DNA of 63,727 bases, counting the filler, from Choristocarpus tenellus KU-1152 (taxonomy: Eukaryota; Protista; Phaeophyceae): NCBI GenBank assembly GCA_964200185.2. It is 14 parts of 14 records of this genome, joined end to end, with 100 filler letters (N's around TTAATTAATTAA, not from the genome) between each part and the next. Parts side by side here need not be neighbours in the genome. Positions count along the whole stretch, not along the records: positions 1 to 3,594 come from CAXNAD020019058.1; positions 3,695 to 9,671 come from CAXNAD020009263.1; positions 9,772 to 15,324 come from CAXNAD020010443.1; 11 more parts are not named here. One strand, given 5' to 3'. Numbering within the stretch: position 1 is the first letter of the stretch; each line of letters starts with the position of its first letter. Positions 1-9,858 of the stretch are shown piece by piece. The notes below the pieces were generated by a model that did no database searches, was not told where the DNA came from, and saw only the letters and a program-made list of their open reading frames with translations. The translations under genes were made by a program, and so were the position numbers.

Positions 1-167
1 ATATTCTTATCATTTTTTTTGTTTTTCCTGCTGCAGCGTGGAGCCGTACAACACTCTCACAACCCCCATGGCGAGCCCCCACGCCCCCGGTACGAAGCCC
101 ACCGTCTTGGGGAAAGAACTGCGAGCTGACTGAGGAAGGTCGGACTGCACTTGCTCTTCGCTACGCA

Positions 168-1424
168 TTGGCTCTTCCTCCGGGTCACCAGAGTCTCCTG
201 AAGGGCGTGGGGTCCAAATTTGTGAAAGGGTTTGGAGTGGGAGAGAGACACCCTAGACGGGTGTGGGCGCGCGCCAAAGAACAGCTTGACATGGGGATTG
301 CCGTCTCCCTGAAATCACAAGCACGATCTGGACGGCCTTCGGACTTTATGCCAAAGAAACAAGCGAAGATCCAGGAAATCAACGGCAGTAATCGCACACT
401 AACTATCGACTAACTTCCCACCAAGCTCACGGAAGCGGGCTTCGCAGTCTGCACTTCAAGGTATCATCACTGACTCGAAGTCATGGGGGCAACAAGGTTC
501 AGCGGTGTGTTACCCCTAGCCATTGTTTTCTCAAGAACAGGGTGAACTTCATCCTCGACCAGATCTCTAGCAGCTGTTAAACTTACAGGACTGGCCGCAA
601 CACCATTCACATCAATGAAGTGTGGTTCTACCTCATCTGCGGACGAGAGATGGTGCGAATATTCCTAGGGGAGGAAAAGGTGGGCTCGACGAAGGTGCAG
701 CACAAGAGTCACACATTCCCAAAGTGATGTTCATCTCTGCTGATTCACGCCCAGATCCTTCCCATAATTTATATGGCAAGATCGGCATATGGTGGGTTTG
801 CGTCGTGAAGGAAGCGAAATGGACTACAGTGCAGCACACGAAGGGTGAGGATGACAAGGTCGACGTCACCGTCAACACCAAGTGGTACCTGGAGTTGTAC
901 ATGGAACAGCTTTTTCCAGCAATCAAGGGAAAAATCTGAACGGCTGGAATTGGGGGGGGGTCAACATACAGCAGGGCGGTATAACCCCGCATACGGGAAA
1001 GGGAAAGTGCAGAAGCTGAACGCAGCAGGGATGGAGCAGGGATGGAGGAGGGATGGAGGAGGGATGGAACATTAAGCTCATGACGTAGCTAGTGCAGTCG
1101 CTGGATCTCAACATCAATGATTGTGGAGTTTTTGCATCTCTGAAGAACAGAGTTTGGGTGGAATGTTACGGCACTGTTGATGAACTTGTAGAGGGGGTTT
1201 CAAGCACGTTTCATGCGTATGACACAGACACGCTCGAGAGGGTGTGGCAGATTCTGTTAGAGAGGTACAATAAGGTGTTAAGGGCGCTGGGAGGGAACGA
1301 TTTCGAAGTAGAACACATCGGGATCAAAAAAAGGCAGCGGGAGGGCAGGTTGACTAGATGTGTCGAAGTAGACCAAGCAGCCTCCGCAGTGGCCCTGGAT
1401 TGGTGGGTTGACGATGTCGACTAA
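168..1424 (+). mobile_element. Decayed Tc1/mariner transposase, DD39D-like (plant/oomycete-type mariner), frameshifted
   Basis: Fragments across frames read HINEVWFYL (about 608-633; cf. HIDEKWFY), SHIPKVMFISADSRPD...GKIGIW, QQGGITPHTGKG, and QSLDLNINDCGVFASLK...TVDELV...TLERVWQ...GGNDF. The first two catalytic Asp appear mutated. Confidence 0.88.
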
Positions 1425-1499
1425 AGGCGAGACATATTTTTTTAGTGTAAAATATTCCAAGGAAACCAACGCTAAGGTCCATTTTGCTTTACTCACCAA

Positions 1500-3594
1500 T
1501 TCTGGATATTTATGATTACTTATTCCTTGCTTGCATTCTACCCATTCTACTCTCCCCGATTGTAACACCACTTGTGACCAACCAGTGTGAGTCCCTTTCA
1601 CCACTGATTTCCAATCACCAACCTCATCCGCCAAACTTGACCCCCCCTTCGAGATTTTAATTCTTGTTCACCATTGTACCTCCTGCCTTGGTTGCACCCA
1701 ATTCTTCCTACTCTCTGTCAGACCCCTCAAAACCCACACCTGGTCTCTCTGGTTGGCCCTAACATATCCTGTAAACACCCCCAACTTCCACCTCTCCTCC
1801 CTCTGTATAACTATCTCTGGAGCCCCCTTTGTTGCCACCCTCGTGGCTCCCCTATTCTGCCAGAGTGTAGGGCGAACTCTTCCGGTCTCAACTTTAGTTC
1901 CCTTGCTATTCTTCTCAATATGCACGTTGCTTGACCCCTCGTGATCACCTTCCACTTCTGACCATCCCTGAATGTCAGTAGTGGGGCATCGCGTGGGAGT
2001 TCTCGGAAGCATTCCATAATTCCGACCACCACCTCGAATCCCCCCATCTCTTTTTACCGGCCCACCCCTGTGGGGGGTTGGCCTGTACCCTCAGGGGTCC
2101 TCTTTTGACTGGAGTGCCAAGTGCCTTTTCCCCTTTCTTGGCCCCTCTCCTTCTTTGACTTGATCGAACTTGCAGAACCCATGTTTCTTCAGGAAATCAC
2201 ACCATTTCCCTGCCACAAATACTAAGAATGGGTTGTACTCTCTCCCCCCCCCTCCTGATGTCCCTTCTCTTACCCTTTCGTCTGTCCTTAGGGACTTGGA
2301 CGACCTTGGTTCCTCCCACCTGCCCGCCCTATTAAGTGATCTGGACCTCAGTTCATCGCTATACAGGGTCGGCAACATGTTCTTTGCCTGGCTCAAGGTA
2401 GTATCCAAGCTCATGAACCGTGGTACGTGGGGGGAAGGCATCCAAACTTCAGAGGGTGGGGGTGCATTGTACTCACTGCCGATGATGTCGGCGGCTGTGG
2501 ACATTTCTTTTTCCCATGATGCCAACTCCTCCCCCAGTGCCGAGTATAACAGGTTCACAATCCGTGGGCTCAATTATTATGGGTTTATTGGCCCCATAAA
2601 ACGTCCTCACCTTACTCCTAGCTTCTCCCAATTCTTCTATCACTTCCGCCGCTCTCCCCCTCTCAGGTCTCCACTCCTCCCCATATCGGCAGACTTCAAC
2701 CATTGCCGATACAAAAAAATCAACGTTATCGGGCATCTCGAAATCCTGTTTGTTTTTTGGTCTCCTCAGTTCCCCTTTCGCAATATACTCCTTAATGTCG
2801 AATGCCGCGATGTTACCCTGCTGTTCTGCCGCCGCCTCTGTTACATCTGGCTTTATCGTCAATGATTCTTTGGAATTCTTGACGGGTGAACCCTGTGTCT
2901 CCAGCTTGAATAAATAGGGGAATATGCCCTCCGAATACGAAGCTCCTCCATACATTCATTTTTTTCCATTCTTGTATCATTGTCTTCTCTCTCGTTCTCT
3001 CCGAAAACATTGGTAGAACTTTCATTCCTGGTCCTCCTCTCATATTTCTGTCGCCTCACCCAGTCACCATGCTCATGTCACTTTGAACTGACAGGCCTGT
3101 CTGACCTGTTCCCCCTAGTATCGTCATGGTATCTGGTCGATCCTTCTCGTCAGTTCTGTGACACCCACAGCAGGTCCCGTTTTTCTTTCGAAACACCATC
3201 ACCCTCCTTTCCTTTTTCTTCCCCTCTTGCTTCCCCCCCTCCCTGCTTTTCCCCTTAACCCTCATCGCTGATGCCCATGTCCCTCCTAACTTGCTCAATC
3301 TCTTCGCTCACTCTTTTTGCTGATATTTCTCCCCTCTTGTCCTCCCCCTCCCTCGCCCATTTTTGTTCTCCCTTTCCCCCACCACTCCTTTCCTCCTTCC
3401 CATCCCTCCTCTCGGCAGTTCTTCCAAAAAGCCCATACCACATCGAAGGGTGTTTCTCAATATCCTTGTCTCCTTGGTCCGCCATAAGAGGTTGCTCCCA
3501 GGTTGCCTTGTTCTAGCCTTGCATGTCCAGTCCCGCCAACCTCAGGTTTCTTATGTTTTGACCTATAACAGCGGATCAAGATAATGGCGGATGG
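1500..3594 (-). mobile_element. DIRS/Ngaro-like tyrosine-recombinase retroelement remnant (gag-like region plus YR C-terminus; no RT visible)
   Basis: 1700-2047 reads APLLT...QATCILRRIARELKLRPEEFALHSGRIG / GATRVATKGAPEIVIQREERWKLGVFTGYVRAN, giving the HxxR motif and catalytic Tyr across a frameshift. Upstream broken ORFs 2091-3485 include a Cys/His motif (WCDFLKKHGFCKF). Boundaries approximate. Confidence 0.75.
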
Positions 3595-3694
3595 NNNNNN
3601 NNNNNNNNNNNNNNNNNNNNNNNNNNNNNNNNNNNNNNTTAATTAATTAANNNNNNNNNNNNNNNNNNNNNNNNNNNNNNNNNNNNNNNNNNNN
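3595..3694. other. Artificial contig linker N44-TTAATTAATTAA-N44, first of 13. Others: 9672-9771, 15325-15424, 18442-18541, 23140-23239, 28979-29078, 33392-33491, 36143-36242, 40395-40494, 43634-43733, 47980-48079, 56506-56605, 60703-60802
   Basis: Identical 100-nt spacer with stop codons in all six frames, repeated 13 times. Confidence 0.99.
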
Positions 3695-3754
3695 ACTTAA
3701 AAATATATTTTGCATAATTTCTCCTCCTCTTGTTCTGTAAAGTTACTCAGTCCA

Positions 3755-3978
3755 GGGCCAAAGTATCTGGGGGGGGGGATGCCGGCGTCCGTTTTTGACC
3801 CTGGCTCAAAGTATCTGGGGAGGGTGGCGGCTGTCTATTTGGGGCCAATTTTTTCATGTCGCAATTTTTGGGTGATTTGGTTCTATACGTTGGATGGATA
3901 ATGAAAGTGCACTTTTCCAGGTTTTGCCCAAATGGACACTCTGGTGTAGACCCCCCCCCGCCCAAGATACTTTGGATC
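3755..3978. mobile_element. MITE family A, complete copy with a second internal left end at 3803
   Basis: Left TIR GGGCCAAAGTATCTGGGG, right end CCCAAGATACTTTGGATC. Flanked by 4-bp direct repeat TCCA (3751-3754 and 3979-3982). Confidence 0.85.
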
Positions 3979-6900
3979 TCCACTAGAATATTGAAGTGAT
4001 TGATTGACCAAATGCAAAGTAGAGTACAACTGTGGACCGCTTCAAGACTATTGAATAACTAGTGCAACAAACCATTCGCAGTATAGATAGAGGTCACTGT
4101 ACAAACTGCAACTTTCGCACCCGTACAATGACCCATACAATACACTTAGCCAATGGGGTGCATGCACCTGGTGCATCTGTCCTGTAATATTCCATGCCCT
4201 ACGAATCTCAGTAGTACAAAATGACCTTAAAAAAAAGTTTAGAGATCTTGTAGTGAGCATCGTAAGGCGTCCATCCATCCCCCTACCCATCTACCTCTTG
4301 ATTTTACCTACCTAACCACAAACTAGCTATTTCTCGACTCACAATATGCACACATGGTTTGGATGGGATGCTCTTTTTGCAACCCCCACCCTGCAATGCA
4401 CCTTCTGCAGGTTGTCAACATGCAACAACTAGCAGAACTTTGGAACTCAGCAATAGCTTTTGAGACCTCTGGTCTAGCCAAGGCAAGTCGTGGACCTAGT
4501 AATGGTGATGTAAAAGTTCATGTAAGAGCTGGGTCACGCAGGGGACACCGCACAAGAGAGGAGAAAGTCCAGGGAGGGCTCACGTTTGGCGGATTTGAGG
4601 GCTTCATTGCAAGGTGGGTCGCCACTGCTTCCTTGCACTCAATTTAAATTAAATGTGCCATTGCGAGTGAGTGTGGAGTTTGTAATTCATGGTGTGAGGT
4701 GAGGTGGGAGGTGTAGGAGAAGAATCGATAGATGATGAGCTGCGGAAAGTATGTGTCGGGTTAATGTCAGGGAGAAACTGGTGAGTGTGTTGCTGGGCTA
4801 GAAACAAGGTCAAGTAAAAACAGGGAGGTCCAACCTGTGTGGTGGGGTGATACGGAATGAAGCAAAAGATGGTAAAGTGGTGTCTGTGTTGTGGTGTTGT
4901 GAAACAAATGTACAGGAGAGGGGAGGTGCAGGGAAATTGCAAACTATCTGCTGGTGGCAATTTGTTACTTGTAAGAGGAAACTGTGATATGTTCTTCAAA
5001 GTATCCATGAGCTATCAGTAATGGTATAGATGAAATATGATACATGTACCTCCCCTTACCCCTGCATCTCAACACCTGTATTCAATTTAGGTGTGCCATA
5101 AGACACTCTTCGAGACTATGTGGGAGCACAGCATGCTTGGCACCTCATGGAACTCCAGGAGGCTCTTCTTGGACCTACACCCATGGATGCATCTCTGAGG
5201 ATCAGACAGTGGATTGTTCTGCTACAACAACAGTAAGGCCGAGAGAGGACCGCCTTCCGCTTTGTGTAGGACTATGTTACTGCAAAGAACACCCCTGCTC
5301 CAGTCAGTCCCAAGGGGGGACTCAATTTGCAGTCAAGAATGATTGCAATGCACACAGTGTTGTTTTGGGGGAGACTGGGCTGGGGCAAGGGTCCAAGCCA
5401 GGTCAAGTTCTCACTCCAGGAGATACAGTTTTGGCACTCCTTGAAGTAATGCATCTGTCCAATGGTCGATACAAGATTCTGGGAGAGGCATGTGGGACAG
5501 TTAAGAGGGCTGTGCTAGAACGGGGCTTTCTGCTGCCTCAAGGGGTTACCCCTTGCAGTGCTGGTGGAAGCGAAGTGGTTGCAAGAGGAATCGGTTGAAG
5601 TAAGTGAACCTTGCAGTGAGTAGTCCACTCCACTGGATAGAGGGTTGCCAGAGGTCCTAGGGAGTGTTAAAATCATATAATGTTAAAATCATGGAACCAA
5701 CACTAATGAAGGTAAGGGGTTGTGACCTGTTCAATGATGTATAGTTAGTCAAAAACAAAAAATAATTAAATGAAAAAAAAAGTGACAAGATGTGCAATTG
5801 AGCGCATGAGTGTGAGGGACAAACCGGGAATTGAAGACACCTCGAACACTCTTTGAAGAGGCCCACAAGTCAAGTAATTTGACCGAGGAGAGGGTTAACA
5901 AGGCCAAAGTCAGCCATGTTTAGATGAATGCGCACTCACTCTGTTGGTAGTGATGAGAAAGAGCCAACTCAAGGGAAAAATACTGAGATGATTCAGTAAA
6001 ACACATCCACTGTGTTCTCACGTTGTAGTATCACCCTGCTTACTGATATAGGGGACATGAATAACTGTAATATGTCCTTGTGCAACCATCATTGCAAAGG
6101 AGCATGTGTGTGTGTGTGTGTGTTGTGTGTTGTATGTGTGTACTTGGACTCTTTGCCCCTTTCCTCCCCTTCACAAAGAGAAAAAATTCTTGGACATCAG
6201 CCCAACTAGATCTTCACTCACGAAATTCATTTAACATACCGAGTATTATTCAACAGTCTCCAGTATCACATGGAACGTGGCACAGAATTAAGACAAAGCA
6301 CATTCTTTCACCCTTCACAATTGAAGAACAATTCCAAGTCATGAGAAAACTACTTGTTCCTCACATTTGAATGAACTTTGTCGCAAAGCTGGTCCACACC
6401 TCATCCTCCAATACCAATGGTGACTGATCATGCTTACTGTGATCCTACCATTGCTTTGCATTGGCTCATTGTTTCACCAACCTAGAAAATTGAAAGTGCG
6501 ACTTCGCATCCACATCGAAAGTAACTCCCACTAAACTCCTAATAGCAACAACAAGCCAAACATCACCGTACCTACTCACAAGTACATGTTTTGAAGTGCA
6601 AACTATGAGTCCTGTCCTCAATATGACACGGCCAGCATTGCCTTCTATCATGTTGTCAACTTTCCCCCTAAATAGAAACACCACCTACCAATCCATATAA
6701 TGGACTCCAAGTATTTGGCACTACATTTATATATATAGATAGGGACACAACATATACAATACATGCTCTAGCACTATATAGCATATGTTCTATGACTCAC
6801 TAAAAATCTATCCTTGGTAATGATGTGACAGCTGTATGGCAACTCATGGCATTGTTGTGGAGTCGCATGTGCATGCCTCTGGCACATAGAAGTGATAGTA

Positions 6901-7689
6901 TTGTGTGTTGAGGCACTAGAGGCTCTATCATCTCCTAGACGCAGCCGCACTTGCAGGCAAACATTCTATGCAGTAGTTGCGCCACCTGGAATAACCTCTG
7001 TGAAATGAGAATCAATATCAAAACAACAATCACAAAGGACAAACAGCTTTAAAAGCTCTTATTTACGCTCCAGAAACTGGGACACTAATCCCATCTGCAT
7101 GACTTCAGCCAGGAGGTACTGCATCAACCACAAAGGAAACGTTTCTATCTTCTAGAACAGGGCAGGTCTCCTCCTGACTGCACACACAAACACTACCAAT
7201 AGGTACAAGTAATGGCCGAGGACACAATTAAAACTCAGCTATAGTCCTACAAGACAAACCCCGCACTTGTGTCAGAAGTGATCACAAACGAGTCCACGAT
7301 CTCATTAAGGGATGTGCTCACATCTTCCTGTCCCCAGGAATCTGCAAGAGCTGACACCCACACCTGGATGGAGAGGGGGCAGTATTAACAGGAAAAACAC
7401 ATAGGGGTTGTTGTGATATCATGGGAAGTAGGGAGGTAGGTAGTAAGGGAAGTTGATCACCACACTTGTCCTACTCTACTGCCCTAAAGCACACTATATA
7501 AAACTCTATAGTACTCTGTAGTACTACACAGTAATAGCAATAGTAGTAGCTGTGAATGACAAGATGTACTCTGCACTTTGAGGGGTGTTCAGGATTGCTT
7601 ATTTACTGAAAATCGTCAACCAGTAATACCATCCCCACAATAGCATATTGAAAAGGTGAAACGCACAAGGTCTTTTTTTGGTTCGTGGA

Positions 7690-7924
7690 ACATTCCTGTG
7701 AGTCATGCATGTGAGACATTCCTGTGAGTCATGCATGTGAGACATTCCTGTGAGTCATGCATGTGAGACATTCCTGTGAGTCATGCATGTGAGACATTTC
7801 TGTGAGTCATGCATGTGAGACATTTCTGTGGGTCATGCATGTGAGACATTCCTGTGAGCCATGCATGTGAGACATTCCTGTGAGCCATGCATGTGAAACA
7901 TTCCTGTTGAGGCATGCATGTGAG
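7690..7924. repeat. Minisatellite, about 9 x 26 bp (ACATTCCTGTGAGTCATGCATGTGAG), followed by a roughly 27-bp tandem duplication at about 7944-8018
   Basis: Head-to-tail tandem units with no spacers. Confidence 0.95.
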
Positions 7925-8375
7925 TCAACCTCGAGTAGAACTAGAACATCGTTACATCTCTCTTGCAGATGAACATCGTTACATCTCTCTTGCAGATGAA
8001 CATGCATTACATCTCTCTGCTTCACCACACTCCTGCAAGGTCGTCATCAACCCTTGAAAGAAAATGTCCTTCCCATGCGTGTCTTAGTTACTGATTTTTT
8101 TAAAAAGGGAACAATAGGAGTACCTGTGCCTCAAAATGACAAGCAAGGTACTCCTATTGAAAACGGAGACAGCATTCCCGATCAATAAAAATACTGCAAA
8201 AGCGTCTTGTTCTGAGCTCCAACAAATCCCAAACACACACACACCACAAAAGCATCTCTCTGGTCTTAATCCCAGTCCCACACCTGCCCCTACCACATGG
8301 TGTCCCATATAGCTTGTCTAGAGACAGCCATGTACAGCCAATGAGGATGAAATCTCTAATAATCATGAGTTCTTT

Positions 8376-8420
<45 letters not shown>

Positions 8421-8819
8421 GCAAAATACGTATTGCACACCAAAGTAGCAGGCAGGCTGAAGGTCTGAAACATCAAAATGTAGAAAGGCATACTCTACTC
8501 TATCTTACCGTTACCATCTCTCCATTGTTGCGAAGGAATGACCTTGCTCTTGTACGCTTGATAATCGGATCTGGATCAATATCTTTGGCAGCGGGGGCCT
8601 TACAACACACACATACATACACACATACATACATACACACACACATACACAAAGGCATTCCCCACATCCCGCAAGTAACATACATGCATACGTGGTGCCA
8701 GTGTCAGGAGTTGCACAAATGGGGATAGGAACGCGTTTCACAAAAGACTCTCTGTGTGGATGGATGGGTGTTGGAATGACCACCATCTCACCCAATAGTT
8801 AACAGTCAGTAGGACTCAA

Positions 8820-9082
8820 GAGACAAAGTATCTTAGAGGGTAGAGTCGCATCCATTTGGGGGTCAAAATTCAGTGTTGCGATTTTGATGTAATTTTGGCT
8901 ATCGTGTTTGCTAGGAAGTGTCAATATCCTTGTTCCAAACACACCTTTTCATAATGTATACATTTTACCTACTCCGAAATATTATGTTGTAGGAAAAAGC
9001 CATAAAACCCCCGAGGGAAGCCAGGGCAGGGCCCAAATGGACAAACAGGGCAAAACTCGTACCCTCTAAGGTATTTTCACTC
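8820..9082. mobile_element. MITE family B, complete copy in reverse orientation relative to the 17889 and 28137 copies
   Basis: Ends GAGACAAAGTATCTTAGAGGGTAG and TACCCTCTAAGGTATTTTCACTC. Flanks TCAA/TCAT (4-bp TSD, 1 mismatch). Internal sequence matches the other B copies. Confidence 0.88.
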
Positions 9083-9771
9083 TCATGTAGGCGTTTGTTT
9101 TTCGTACAGCGAGTGTTTCCACCACTGCAATTATCATCTACTCACAAAACCACCGACCCTAACCCTAACAAGAAACCATATAGCTACGTAGCTCTCTGGA
9201 CTCCTGTGGCATCTCTACCACCCTCACACTGACCTCACAAAAAAACACTAGAGAGAGCGCACATCAGGCATTTGATGTAGGAAACCCGATCATCTTTTTT
9301 TTTTTCTTTCCACTGATGACATCACCACACAAATACACCATATGTACTACTTATCATCAAGTGCAATGCATAGAGGACAAGTTATCAGGCAGGGATGACT
9401 TCAGGGGGAAAGGCACCACTACAAATACGTTGTGGGCAGACAGACAGACAGACAGGCAGACAGGCAGGTAGACAGTGCACTCACTCACCACACCAGTGCG
9501 AATGAGCTTCACCAAGGTTTCCACTGTGAAATCCAGCTGAGAACCTTCTTCCCTTGTTGAGGTAGTACAGAACGGGATGTACAGAAGTAGTCAGTCCACA
9601 ACATGACAACAAACCACGGGATAGTGGAACTTCAACGTGATTGTGGGGGGGGGGGGAAGGGCGGGAAATGGNNNNNNNNNNNNNNNNNNNNNNNNNNNNN
9701 NNNNNNNNNNNNNNNTTAATTAATTAANNNNNNNNNNNNNNNNNNNNNNNNNNNNNNNNNNNNNNNNNNNN

Positions 9772-9800
9772 CCCCTCCCACCCCCCAGATACTTTGAGCC
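9772..9800. mobile_element. MITE family A terminus at contig start
   Basis: CCCCCCAGATACTTTGAGCC is the reverse complement of the GGCTCAAAGTATCTGGGG TIR. Confidence 0.75.
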
Positions 9801-9858
9801 TAGAGATGACTCTGCCCTGTGTAGCAGGGATGGACAACAGTATCGTGGGGACGTTTAT

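Larger units (their letters stand above)
6580..9552 (-). pseudogene. Spliced multi-exon pseudogene of unknown family. Exons 9489-9552, 8509-8598, 8124-8211, 8011-8052, 7267-7341, 7067-7118, 6801-6997, 6580-6684
   Basis: Eight AG/GT-bounded segments splice into one frame (EEGSQLDFTVETLVKLIRTGV|APAAKDIDPDPIIKRTRARSFLRNNGEMVT|NKTLLQYFY*SGM...). Exons 1, 2, 4 and 5 are stop-free. The 10 in-frame stops are all TGA or TAG. No family recognised. Confidence 0.45.

Noticed and set aside
2170-2865. 231-aa plus-strand ORF
   Set aside because: Antisense shadow of the minus-strand gag-like region.
3639-3650. Recurrent TTAATTAATTAA motif and ORFs ending in ...XXXLIN
   Set aside because: Artificial linker between concatenated contigs, not biological.
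5044-5598. 184-aa plus-strand ORF, or a minus-strand continuation exon of the pseudogene
   Set aside because: No recognisable motif. The minus frame has about 10 stops in 183 codons, which is indistinguishable from random.
7690-7924. Regular 26-bp repeats as a CRISPR array
   Set aside because: Units are head-to-tail with no unique spacers, there are no cas genes, and the context is eukaryotic.
6580-9552. Genome-wide alternative genetic code
   Set aside because: The reconstructed host exons have no in-frame stops and two end at a normal TAG. Internal stops are confined to decayed sequences.
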